A stretch of DNA of 64,000 bases from Bacteroidales bacterium. Its GTDB lineage: Bacteria > Bacteroidota > Bacteroidia > Bacteroidales > P3. This document shows, in pieces, positions 29,071-38,969 of the stretch. Position 1 is the stretch's first letter, and every line of letters begins with the position of its first letter. A program made the position numbers and the translations under genes. The stretch spans positions 11,374 through 75,373 of the forward strand of contig JAZLKZ010000107.1 of the NCBI GenBank assembly GCA_045597845.1, written 5' to 3'. The notes under the pieces were generated by a model. It did no database searches. It saw nothing but the letters and a program-made list of their open reading frames with translations, and was not told where the DNA came from.

Positions 29071-32000
29071 ATGAATATGAAAAACAAAATTTTTATTCTA
29101 TTTGCAGTTCTCATTATAGGAAGCGGCTATGCCCAAAACCATTACGTATCACAGCCCATAGCTAACGCTATGAAAACCGGTAAATTCTACATGAAAATGG
29201 CCGGCACACAAGGCTATACCGAAAACGATAATGCCGTAAGCATGCAAATGCAAATAGAAACCGCCCTACACAATGGAGTAAACATGTCCAAAACAAAATT
29301 TCAGGGCTCCAATACGGTAAGTCTTACCACCTCCTCCGGATGCTATATACTGAACGAAGCTGCCAAAACATGGCAATTCCAACCTAATGCCGGAGCGTAT
29401 CCCGCTTTTACCAATTTGAAGTTCAAACGACAAGGCACCTGCAAGGTAAATGGAGAAGAGGGCTGGTTCTTTGATGAATACTATGCAGGCAACAATATAT
29501 TCTCCTTCTACTACCAATCCGATAAAGTAGCTATTATTGACCTGGGCGGACAAGACGAAGACGCCATGGGTCCTATGCATCTGCACTCCTTTAATGCTAC
29601 CATTCCCTTTTCCATGTACTTCTGCGTAGGCAACGATTGGAAGCCTGCCGGCAGCAACTCCGTAACCGCCACTGCCGGCATAGACAGAGCCGCCATAGAA
29701 AAACAAATACGTGATGCCCTTAAAGGACAACAACTGCCGCCGGGCATGACCATTGACGACCTAGTGAATAAAGCCATGAAAAATATGGGTGGTGCCAAAA
29801 CCGCCCCTTCGACCGCGCCAAAACCGCCCACCTGCTCCACCCCATGGAAAGACAGCACCTCTGGTACGGAACTGGCCTGCGGCAACGGATATAATAAAAT
29901 AATTATAACCGACAAACGCACACTTACCACACCTGTATATGCCGAAAATTTGGCTCCTGCCGCATCCACTGCACCCGCTCGAACCGACCTTAACGTAACC
30001 GAAAACGGCATAAAACAAGCCCTAAAAAAGCTGCAAAGCCAAATAGCCGATATGAACGACAATGAAATATCGGACTACATAATGAAATATAACAATGACA
30101 TAATGTGCGCCTTTCGCGCCAATGCCATTACCGGCAACCTCATAGAAGAAGCCATAGCTCATGCTATAGCATATCCTAACGCTCTTACACTTAATAACAT
30201 AGGTATTATTTACCTGTATAAAGATGAAGCCATAAACGCTTTGCCCTATTTTGAATCAGCCCTTAAATACGACAACAATAACCCTACAGTGCTGGCCAAC
30301 CTAGCCGAATCCTACTTTGAACAAAATAAACTGGATGAAGCCGAAAAATATGCCAAACAATGCCTAGCCATAGCCCCACAATTCGGCTCAGCACTGCAAG
30401 TAATGACATCCATATACTTTAGCCGCGGCAAACATATTGAAGGTATGACATGGCTACTCAAAACCGCTCCCCATTATTTTACCGACATTACCGCATCACA
30501 ATTTAACAGTCTGTGGATGGCCATAGAAGAACTGAAAACGCTGGGTGGCCAAGGATATGATGTAAAACCCTATTTTGATAAAATATACACACCCGAAAAC
30601 CTCGCTCTGCTGGAAGAAGCTACCAAAGCAGGCTTTGAACACCATTATTTGGAAACTGCCATGGGCAACCGCCAATGGAATTGGCCGGTAAAAACCACCG
30701 TGGAATTTTCTTGGAAATACTACCAAAAATGCGCCCAACAAATGGCAGAAAAAGAGAATGAAATGCAGTTGTACGCCAAAGAATGCGCCAATAGAAAAGG
30801 CAGCCTGCTCAACTTATACTCCATTATGGGAGCCGGCTCCGTTATAGGCAACATGTCACGCATAGAACACAATATGCAACAGGTAATAAATGCCAAAGGC
30901 GGCAATAGGGCAGCTAATATTACCGGCCAACAACCTAACACCGATATTACCAACCTGCTGCCTGACCAAGAAAAAATAAATCAGGCATATCTGCTGGAAA
31001 GCAAACTGCAGTCCGGAGACAACGACGGTCAAATACTCTATGACGCACGTCAATACTGGTGTCTGAAACTATGGCAACAACTATTTCAAATGAAAATGAA
31101 ATACGAACAGGGCCAAATGTGCACCACCGATAAAAACGGGAACCTCATAGGATATTTCCCGTCATACTACGCCGATTATCTCACCCATGAAAAAAACCTA
31201 AACAAAGAACTGGCCTTCGCTGATGAAAAACGCGACCGACGCATAGAACCCGAAAACAACAAGAGGATAGAAGAGTTGAAAGCATTGGAGAAAAAAAGCA
31301 GCAATATGAGCGCCGCCCAATACGATGCCGCAAAAAAAGCAATAGATATAGCTTACTACTCCCGCCTTGAAGAAATAATGCAAGCCTGGTACGGTGAAAA
31401 AAAACAAATAGAACTGGAACGATTGGGCGATTTCCACCGCTACTATACACAACATTACCAACCTGTAATGGAATCCTACTGGAAAAAAATGAACCAAATG
31501 TGCGTGTGGTGTAACAGCAAGGACGTAATAGATTACTACCTGTACATGGCGGAAGCCGAAAACATCCGCCCAGTAACTCAAGCATTTGAACATGGCAGCG
31601 ACATCGGCGGCAGCATATACTCCTACTATCAGCAATGGCGAGCCATACGAGAAGCCATTGACGAACACGTAGAAGATCTAAAAGAAGAAGTTGCCGAACT
31701 GGATATGCAAATAGCACAAGAAGGCACCCATCCCAATGGCTGCAGTAAATACCCCTGCGACATTACTGCAGGTGTAGACCTGGTAGCCCGAGAGTTTTCT
31801 GTCACACTGAATAAAGACGGCAAATTCCTGATAGATATTAAAAACAAAGAAACCGGCAGCACCATCACACATAACCTTACCGACCATACCTGCACCAGCA
31901 AGGAATTATATGTGGTTACACCTCAGGAAAAAGCCGACGCCCTGGCTAACGCACAAAAAGTACGCCAAAACCTGTATACCGCCATAGGCAATGAGGCCTT

Positions 32001-32316
32001 GGGTCTGGCAATAGGGAAAATACCTGGCGCCATGAGTAAAATCATGGAACAATCCGTGAATGTTGGCACAGCCGCCGAAAGATTCCACACCGTGGACAAC
32101 ACCCGCCAACGCTACATTACTCAGGATGGCGCCGGCAATATACTCGGTGCCCGCAAAACATTAGAGACCTCCACTACCCATACCTACTCCTATGGAAACG
32201 TGAGCATATCACACACTACATCCCAATCAGACCTACTTACTGGCGGAGCCAAAAACAAACAATACCACGTTAGAGCCGCCTACAAAATCGGCTTTATACA
32301 AATATCATCACATTAA
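29071..32316 (+). CDS. Large secreted hypothetical protein with central TPR repeats
   Basis: Signal peptide FILFAVLIIGSGYAQ, and TPR-like repeats around aa 380-470 (YLYKDEAINALPYFESALKYDNNNP.., YFEQNKLDEAEKYAKQCLAIAP). I recognise no catalytic motif. Confidence 0.6.
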   Translation: MNMKNKIFILFAVLIIGSGYAQNHYVSQPIANAMKTGKFYMKMAGTQGYTENDNAVSMQMQIETALHNGVNMSKTKFQGSNTVSLTTSSGCYILNEAAKTWQFQPNAGAYPAFTNLKFKRQGTCKVNGEEGWFFDEYYAGNNIFSFYYQSDKVAIIDLGGQDEDAMGPMHLHSFNATIPFSMYFCVGNDWKPAGSNSVTATAGIDRAAIEKQIRDALKGQQLPPGMTIDDLVNKAMKNMGGAKTAPSTAPKPPTCSTPWKDSTSGTELACGNGYNKIIITDKRTLTTPVYAENLAPAASTAPARTDLNVTENGIKQALKKLQSQIADMNDNEISDYIMKYNNDIMCAFRANAITGNLIEEAIAHAIAYPNALTLNNIGIIYLYKDEAINALPYFESALKYDNNNPTVLANLAESYFEQNKLDEAEKYAKQCLAIAPQFGSALQVMTSIYFSRGKHIEGMTWLLKTAPHYFTDITASQFNSLWMAIEELKTLGGQGYDVKPYFDKIYTPENLALLEEATKAGFEHHYLETAMGNRQWNWPVKTTVEFSWKYYQKCAQQMAEKENEMQLYAKECANRKGSLLNLYSIMGAGSVIGNMSRIEHNMQQVINAKGGNRAANITGQQPNTDITNLLPDQEKINQAYLLESKLQSGDNDGQILYDARQYWCLKLWQQLFQMKMKYEQGQMCTTDKNGNLIGYFPSYYADYLTHEKNLNKELAFADEKRDRRIEPENNKRIEELKALEKKSSNMSAAQYDAAKKAIDIAYYSRLEEIMQAWYGEKKQIELERLGDFHRYYTQHYQPVMESYWKKMNQMCVWCNSKDVIDYYLYMAEAENIRPVTQAFEHGSDIGGSIYSYYQQWRAIREAIDEHVEDLKEEVAELDMQIAQEGTHPNGCSKYPCDITAGVDLVAREFSVTLNKDGKFLIDIKNKETGSTITHNLTDHTCTSKELYVVTPQEKADALANAQKVRQNLYTAIGNEALGLAIGKIPGAMSKIMEQSVNVGTAAERFHTVDNTRQRYITQDGAGNILGARKTLETSTTHTYSYGNVSISHTTSQSDLLTGGAKNKQYHVRAAYKIGFIQISSH

Positions 32317-32547
32317 TTAATACCCTCTCATATCACATTATATAAAACGCCACAAAATCATAATAACAGAAAATGTCACATTGCAATCTATACAAAATCA
32401 AACAATTGACAATTATGCAATTATACTGATTATTTTTGTTGTTTATTTAAACTTATTCACGAATATTGAGGTTACTATATAAACCCACCAAGAGATATTC
32501 TCGGCAGACAAGCTCTGCCAAATCTCAAATCTTAAAACTTAAACATT

Positions 32548-33259
32548 ATGAAAAAAAACAAGATATATCATAGTCCTCGGAGCGGCCATGTTTGCAGTTG
32601 GTGCAATGCTTTTTGTGGCTTGTGAAAAAGAGAACGAAAAGAGCACAATAGGAGACAATTCCAAAGAACAACTTGGTAACGACTTTTCTTTATTGATAAA
32701 CACAAACAATGGAGAGGTTGAAAACTTTTACGAAATAATCGATGTCAAACAAGGATTGGTTAACTGGAGAAGGTTCAAAAACGGCAAATTCGCTTTTAGT
32801 CAAGACATCAATGTCATACCCGACACGATGATAAATGTAAAAGTTATTGATAAGTCAACATTACATGTGGATTATTCCGATGGTCAAACATTGGATTTGA
32901 TGAACATAAAATCATCCGAAGGGAAGGTTACATTCAACATTTTGTCCGACGAAGACACACCAATCTCTATTGCAATGGAATTCCCTTCAGATGTAGATAT
33001 TATTCATCTATTTTCCAATGAAATAAATGATGCAAAAATTGCGCCCCCTCTAATCTATGGCGGTGTGCTTTTAGGAATTGCAATATTCGAGGGCATTCAA
33101 TACATTGTATGTGAGAACGAAAAAGCCGATCATGCCAAAGAGTGCGAAGACAGACACTGCAAAGCCGAGCTACAAGGCAGCGGCGTTGATTGCCAACCAA
33201 AACCAAATACAGACTACAATGGTATCAATTGCAACGACTATGATTTTTGGTGCAATTGA
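32548..33259 (+). pseudogene. Cys-rich lipoprotein whose signal peptide is out of frame at an A8 tract
   Basis: ATG 32548 plus A8 (32551-32558) gives a 26-codon (25-aa) dead-end ORF. With A7 or A10 the reading becomes MKK(K)TRYIIVLGAAMFAVGAMLFVAC|EKEN.., a textbook lipobox that continues into ORF 32588-33259. Confidence 0.65.
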
Positions 33260-33289
33260 TTGCCGATACGCAATGATTCAATAACATAG

Positions 33290-33315
33290 CCCCCCTCCCC
33301 CCACAAAAAAAACGG
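33290..33315 (+). repeat. C-rich/A8 motif copy 1 (CCCCCCTCCCCCCACAAAAAAAACGG)
   Basis: Shares CCCCTCCCCCC..AAAAAAAACG with 34625-34645. A complementary AGGGGGGC lies at 33347-33354. Confidence 0.5.
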
Positions 33316-33374
33316 AACAACGAGTCAATAATCCGGACAATTCATTAGGGGGGCATTTTACACAAACACTTAAA

Positions 33375-34553
33375 ATGAAAAAACTTTTTTATCAGTATCG
33401 CTGGATGATTTGGATTGGAATCTTATTGTGGATATCGGGAGTTGTAGGCTGCAGCATTCTGTCAATAACCACGCAAACACTTCATATTGTTCCCTGTCCA
33501 CTTTTCCCAATAGGCTTTGTCGCAAATTTCATTTTGTTGATAATAATCACACCAATAGTAGAGGAATTCCTATTTCGATCGTGGGCGCTTGGCAAACCCG
33601 TATTCAACATAGTTATTTCTGCTTCTCTATCTGGATTCTTTTATTTTATCTTTGGGAAATGGTACCTATCCGCATCGTTACTTGTTGCAATATTGTTAAT
33701 GGCATTTCTTCTTAAAGACAAGGTTCGGTTCATCAGTCTCAGCATTATTACTTCACTTCTTTTCGCATATATGCATATCTATTCCATTGACAAAATCACC
33801 TTGGAAATAGTTTTTGTTTCTTTTCAATTCGTAGGACTCGCTATTTTGTGTTGCTGGTTGGTATACAACAAAGGTTTACTCTACGCCATAGGGCTCCATT
33901 CATTAATCAATTTACTTTCGTTTGCAATGATGATGATACCGACAACAACAACAACTATTGGTAAAGATAGTTATACTATTACTCCACTTTTTGAAAACAG
34001 CTATGCGGTAAAAGAGGAAGTCGCTGATGGCATTATTTATCGCGGGCAATTGCCCTTGGTGGCAGCTATCATGGCTACGGACCAACTATTAGACGACAAA
34101 ATTGACTTTACAAGATGCAATGTATTTTACAGGTTAAAAATTGAAAAAGTAAATATCCCAGTCAAACTTTATATAAAGAAACAATCTGAAAATGAGAAAA
34201 TAGATAGAATTGCCATACTCAAAACAATACAGGATGGTGGACTATTAAAATCCGACACTACATACGAGCCATTAATCTTCATGGAATTGCACAACAACAA
34301 CTTATTGCTACAACCTCACCAAGGGGATTCCACAACAATTGGCCAGGTGGTACGAGACCTTCAAATTCATTACAAAATCCCAGTCAATATCAGCAGTTCA
34401 CTCAACGGGAATTGCCAAATCCTCTTTCCTTTTGAAAAATTCCAAACTGATTCTTTGAATGAAATAAAGGAATATTTAAGCAATGAATATGGTCTTGAAT
34501 TATGGGAGTCAAACCATGCTTATGCACAAATAATCACATTTCATAATGGGTAA
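33375..34553 (+). CDS. CPBP-family intramembrane glutamic endopeptidase with a ~200-aa C-terminal extra domain
   Basis: CPBP motifs EEFLFRSW, FAYMH and HSLINL are present in about 7 TM helices, followed by a soluble domain of unknown function. Confidence 0.75.
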   Translation: MKKLFYQYRWMIWIGILLWISGVVGCSILSITTQTLHIVPCPLFPIGFVANFILLIIITPIVEEFLFRSWALGKPVFNIVISASLSGFFYFIFGKWYLSASLLVAILLMAFLLKDKVRFISLSIITSLLFAYMHIYSIDKITLEIVFVSFQFVGLAILCCWLVYNKGLLYAIGLHSLINLLSFAMMMIPTTTTTIGKDSYTITPLFENSYAVKEEVADGIIYRGQLPLVAAIMATDQLLDDKIDFTRCNVFYRLKIEKVNIPVKLYIKKQSENEKIDRIAILKTIQDGGLLKSDTTYEPLIFMELHNNNLLLQPHQGDSTTIGQVVRDLQIHYKIPVNISSSLNGNCQILFPFEKFQTDSLNEIKEYLSNEYGLELWESNHAYAQIITFHNG

Positions 34554-34624
34554 TGCGTTCTTGCAAATTACCACAAAACAAGATTTGCAGAACTGCACAA
34601 TTCGTTGTTTCGCACTTTTGATTA

Positions 34625-34645
34625 CCCCTCCCCCCAAAAAAAACG
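34625..34645 (+). repeat. C-rich/A8 motif copy 2 (CCCCTCCCCCCAAAAAAAACG)
   Basis: See 33290-33315. Both copies lie 30-70 nt downstream of a stop codon. Confidence 0.5.
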
Positions 34646-35017
34646 AGCAAAAGCGAAATAACTGAATTCTGTTTGTCGGCTGTCTTATTGCGGATAATTG
34701 GATTAAAAAGAAGCGTCATTTTGAACACTTGCATTATACAACCCGACTACTAAAAGATGGGAGCAATAGTTTTGATGATCCCCAAATGTATCAATGCGGT
34801 CGTATCTGCTGAGTTAATCCCAAGCAATACGACCGCTTTTTCGTTTCATCCCAATAATACAAGATTTTCTCGGAAATCGTCACTATATTTCTGTCTTCAG
34901 GCTCCAACTTTCAAAGTACAAAACGACATTCTCTATCACAATCTTTTACAAGAATATTGTTCCAAAACGCAATAGATTAAGGATTATTGCGTTATAAATA
35001 AGATTAATTCCTCTAAA

Positions 35018-36421
35018 ATGAAACGTTTTCTTTTGTTTTTTGCATTGACTGTTCTTTGTGCTTCAACCACTTGTTTCGCAAAGAAAGACAAATACAAGAT
35101 AACAGTAAACATTCACAACACAGCCGACACGATGCTTATGTTGGGATACTACCACATTGAGCATACCTACGTCATCGACACCGCCTTCATCAACAATAAA
35201 GAGCAGTTTGTGTTTCAGAAGGACAAAACACTTGACCCCGGTCTCTATTTTTTCTGCAACCAGAAAGGCGAGTTCGCCGAGTTCGCAATCTACAACGACA
35301 AGCCTTTCTTCAAGTTTGAAACCGACGCCGCCGACTGGACCACAAACATGAAAGTTACTGGTTCGGAGGAGAATGAACTCCTGTTCAACTACCATAGGAC
35401 AAACGCAATGCTGTACGAAGAGACCATGTCAAAGAAGAGCCAGATGGACAGCGCGGCATTCAAGACTTACTACCAAGAACAACGGAAGAAAATGTCGGAT
35501 TTCGACAGAGAATTCATGAATGCGCACCCTCGCCACATCCTAAGCGTGATGATGCGCGCCGAACGTGACGTGCCCGTACCTTTGGTGAACGAGCAGGGCG
35601 ACTCGCTCTCCCAAAAGCAACGTTTCGACTATTTCATGGAACACTACTTCGACAGCATGGATTTGGGCGACCCCGTATTTCTGCGAACCCCCAAAAGCGT
35701 ATTCCATCGAAAAATCACCGAATATCTCGACAAATACCTCAAAGGGGCGCCTCCCGAGATTATCAATCCCTACATCGACAGCATGATAGCACGTGCCCGT
35801 CCTGCCGAAAAAACGTTCCACTGGCTCATTCATTTCATCACCGAAAAATACCTGCAAAGTGGCGTAATGGGCTACGATGCAATATATGTACACATGGTGA
35901 AACGCTACTATGAAACCGGAGAAAGCACCCTATCCTCCCCCAGCTTTGTGGACGAGCAGGTGGTGAGGGCCAACAAGTGGGAAAAGCTGCTCATCGGGAA
36001 AGTCGCCCCGGAACTGATACTGTACGACACGCTTGGCATAGCGCATTCGCTCCACGGGCTGCCAAACAAATACACTTTGTTGGTGTTTTGGTCACCAACT
36101 TGCGGACATTGCAAGACTATGGTGCCGGCACTCTACAAGAAATACCTCGAATACAAAGACAAATACGACATTGCCGGCTTCGCGATTCTCAGCGAACCCG
36201 ACGAACCGACCACCCCACTCTGGAAAAAATTCATCCGCGACCACAACTTCGATTGGATCAATCTTGACGGCGGTGTGGCGAACATCGACTGGCACGACGT
36301 ATATGACGTCATCACCACCCCACAGATTTACCTCTTGGACAAAGACAAGAAAATCATCGGCAAGCACCTCAACGCCGATCTGTTCGAAAAAATATTACTA
36401 TTTCACGAAGAAGAAAAGTGA
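35018..36421 (+). CDS. Thioredoxin-fold (TlpA-like) thiol-disulfide oxidoreductase with N-terminal accessory domain
   Basis: Has a signal peptide, and the C-terminal Trx motif LVFWSPTCGHCKTMVP. Confidence 0.8.
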   Translation: MKRFLLFFALTVLCASTTCFAKKDKYKITVNIHNTADTMLMLGYYHIEHTYVIDTAFINNKEQFVFQKDKTLDPGLYFFCNQKGEFAEFAIYNDKPFFKFETDAADWTTNMKVTGSEENELLFNYHRTNAMLYEETMSKKSQMDSAAFKTYYQEQRKKMSDFDREFMNAHPRHILSVMMRAERDVPVPLVNEQGDSLSQKQRFDYFMEHYFDSMDLGDPVFLRTPKSVFHRKITEYLDKYLKGAPPEIINPYIDSMIARARPAEKTFHWLIHFITEKYLQSGVMGYDAIYVHMVKRYYETGESTLSSPSFVDEQVVRANKWEKLLIGKVAPELILYDTLGIAHSLHGLPNKYTLLVFWSPTCGHCKTMVPALYKKYLEYKDKYDIAGFAILSEPDEPTTPLWKKFIRDHNFDWINLDGGVANIDWHDVYDVITTPQIYLLDKDKKIIGKHLNADLFEKILLFHEEEK

Positions 36422-36473
36422 ATTGTGAAACGACAATGCGATCCGTCGAAAACTTAAAATCTATTATTATATC

Positions 36474-38567
36474 ATGAAAAAAACATTACTCATCGCAGCT
36501 TGCGCCACCCTCGTGGCATTCACAGGCTGCAAAGACAAAAAGAACATGGACAACCCATTTTTCTCCGCATGGGAAACACCTTACGGCATTCCCGATTTCA
36601 GCAAAATCAAGACTGAACATCACCTGCCGGCCTTCGATGAGGGCATGCGTCTGCAGAAAGAAGAAATCGACGCTATCGTCAACAACACCGAAGCACCCAC
36701 CTTCGAAAACACCATTGAGGCATACGAATACAGCGGCGCCATGCTGAACGAAGTGGCCAGCGTGTTCTTCAACCTCAGCGAATGCGAAAACTCGGAAGAG
36801 ATGGAGCAGATTGCCGAAGAGGTGACCCCGAAACTCTCCGCCCATGGTGACGACATCGCACTCAACGCAAAACTATTCGAGCGCATCAAGGTCGTTTACG
36901 ACCAGCGCGAAAGCCTCAACCTCGAACCCGAGCAAATGCGTCTGCTCGAAGAGACCTACAAAGGTTTCGTACGTTCCGGCGCCAACGTGGCTGCCGACCA
37001 GCAAGCTCGTTTTCGCGAGTTGAACGAGCAGATTGCATCCCTCACCCTCCGCTTCGCACAGAACGTTCTCAAGGCCACCAACGCCTACAAACTTGTTTTG
37101 GACGAAAACCAATTGGAAGGCTTGAGTGAAGACCAAAAAGCCGCCGCAAAAGCTACCGAAGGCGAGAATGCGGGCAAATATGTCTTCTCTCTTCAAATGC
37201 CCAGCTGGGAGCCCTTCATGCAGAGCTGCTCCAACCGCGACCTCCGCAAACAGATGTGGACTGCCTACGCCAACCGTTGCTATGGTGGAGAATTCGACAA
37301 CACCAAGATTATCGACACACTCGTCAACCTACGTCTTGAACGCGCCAACATTCTCGGCTTCAAATCCCACGCCGACTATGTGTTGGACGACTGCCTCGCA
37401 AAGACACCTCAGGCTGTTTACGACTGTCTGATGCAAATCTGGAAACCCGCCCTTGCAAAAGCCAAGAGCGAATGCGCCGAATACCAAAAAATGATCAAGG
37501 CAGATGACGCCACCGCAAAGCTCGAACCTTGGGATTGGCGTTACTACAGCGAAAAACTGCGTCAGCAAAAATACGAGCTTGAAGACGAAGTGGTGCGTCC
37601 TTACTTCTCGCTCGACGGTGTACGAGAAGGTGCTTTCAACGTAGCCAACAAGCTCTACGGTTTGACTTTCAAGGAGAATCCCGAACTGCCCACCTACGAC
37701 AAAGAGGCTCACGCTTATGAAGTGATGGACGGCGACCAAGTAATTGGAATTCTCTATATGGACTTCTTCCCCCGCGAGAGCAAACGCAGCGGCGCTTGGA
37801 TGACCGAGTTCCGCGGCCAGAAAATCGACAAGGACGGCAACAATGTCATTCCTATCATCCAGGTTGTATGCAACTTCACCAAACCCACTGCCGACAAGCC
37901 CTCTTTGTTGAACTTCGACGAAAGCGAGACCCTCTTCCACGAATTTGGCCACGCACTCCACGGTCTGCTCAGCAAATGCCACTATCCCTCATTGGCAGGT
38001 ACCAACGTATCGCGCGACTTCGTTGAACTGCCCAGCCAGATTATGGAAAACTGGTGCCGCAATCCGCAAGTGATGAAGGAATACGCCAAGCACTACCAGA
38101 CCGGCGAAGCCATTCCCGACGAACTCATCAAGAAGATTGCCGCCGCACAGACCTACGGACAGGGATTCATCAACACCGAGCTGTTGGCTGCCTCCCTGCT
38201 CGACATGGACTACCACAGCATTACCGAAAAGCAAGCCATTGACCCTGTAGCCTTTGAAAAAGCCGCTCTCGACCGTCTCGGACTTATTCCCGAAATCATC
38301 AGCCGTTACAAGAGCGCTTACTTCCAGCACATCTTCACCACCGGCTACGATGCTGGTTACTACAGCTACACCTGGACCGCCATCCTCGACCACAATGCCT
38401 TTGCAGCCTTCACCGAAAGCGGCGACCTCTTCAACCCTGAACTGGCCAAAAAGTTCCGTCATGTGCTTGAGAGTGGCAACACCCAAGACCTGATGTCCCT
38501 CTACCGCGAATTCCGCGGCAAAGACCCCGATGTGAAGCCTTTGCTCCGCGACAGAGGTCTGATTTAA
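36474..38567 (+). CDS. dcp: M3-family peptidyl-dipeptidase (Dcp-like)
   Basis: Lipoprotein-like N-terminus (VAFTGC), zinc motif HEFGHALH, and M3 length. Confidence 0.9.
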   Translation: MKKTLLIAACATLVAFTGCKDKKNMDNPFFSAWETPYGIPDFSKIKTEHHLPAFDEGMRLQKEEIDAIVNNTEAPTFENTIEAYEYSGAMLNEVASVFFNLSECENSEEMEQIAEEVTPKLSAHGDDIALNAKLFERIKVVYDQRESLNLEPEQMRLLEETYKGFVRSGANVAADQQARFRELNEQIASLTLRFAQNVLKATNAYKLVLDENQLEGLSEDQKAAAKATEGENAGKYVFSLQMPSWEPFMQSCSNRDLRKQMWTAYANRCYGGEFDNTKIIDTLVNLRLERANILGFKSHADYVLDDCLAKTPQAVYDCLMQIWKPALAKAKSECAEYQKMIKADDATAKLEPWDWRYYSEKLRQQKYELEDEVVRPYFSLDGVREGAFNVANKLYGLTFKENPELPTYDKEAHAYEVMDGDQVIGILYMDFFPRESKRSGAWMTEFRGQKIDKDGNNVIPIIQVVCNFTKPTADKPSLLNFDESETLFHEFGHALHGLLSKCHYPSLAGTNVSRDFVELPSQIMENWCRNPQVMKEYAKHYQTGEAIPDELIKKIAAAQTYGQGFINTELLAASLLDMDYHSITEKQAIDPVAFEKAALDRLGLIPEIISRYKSAYFQHIFTTGYDAGYYSYTWTAILDHNAFAAFTESGDLFNPELAKKFRHVLESGNTQDLMSLYREFRGKDPDVKPLLRDRGLI

Positions 38568-38635
38568 TATTAGTGATTATGAATTAGGATCCTCCAAATC
38601 TTCTAATCTTCAAATCCGAATTATCTTACAACGAT

Positions 38636-38842
38636 ATGGAAAACAATGTAAAAAAACTCATGCGCAGCACTTCCAATCGCAAGATTGCGGGCGTCTGTGG
38701 AGGCGTAGCCGACTACCTAAACGTTGATGTCACCGTTGTGCGCATCATCTTCTTGATAGCCCTTATCTGCGGCAGTTTCGGCGGCTGGGCATACCTCATC
38801 ATCTGGTGCTGCGCACCTGAAGACAACAGACTCCAACCTTAA
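38636..38842 (+). CDS. PspC-domain membrane protein
   Basis: Contains RSTSNRKIAGVCGGVADYLNVDVTVVRIIFLI. Confidence 0.85.
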   Translation: MENNVKKLMRSTSNRKIAGVCGGVADYLNVDVTVVRIIFLIALICGSFGGWAYLIIWCCAPEDNRLQP

Positions 38843-38861
38843 CGGAAAGTTTGTCATTCAA

Positions 38862-38901
38862 CAAAAAGAGAAGAGAACCAATTGGTTCTCTTCTCTTTTT
38901 T
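38862..38901. terminator. Bidirectional intrinsic terminator
   Basis: A 14-bp stem AGAGAAGAGAACCA/TGGTTCTCTTCTCT is flanked by A5 and T6 runs. It lies between convergent genes. Confidence 0.8.
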
Positions 38902-38969
38902 ATTATCTTCGGAACAATTCCAGTTCCAAATCCAATATCAAATTAAAAGCTCACAACTGAAAATCCAAT

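Noticed and set aside
34757-34975. A 72-aa plus-strand ORF, and the 66-aa minus-strand ORF at 34534-34734.
   Set aside because: Both are short with no motifs. They sit in the spacer between the AT-rich island and the thioredoxin-like gene, and there is no start context typical of the other genes.
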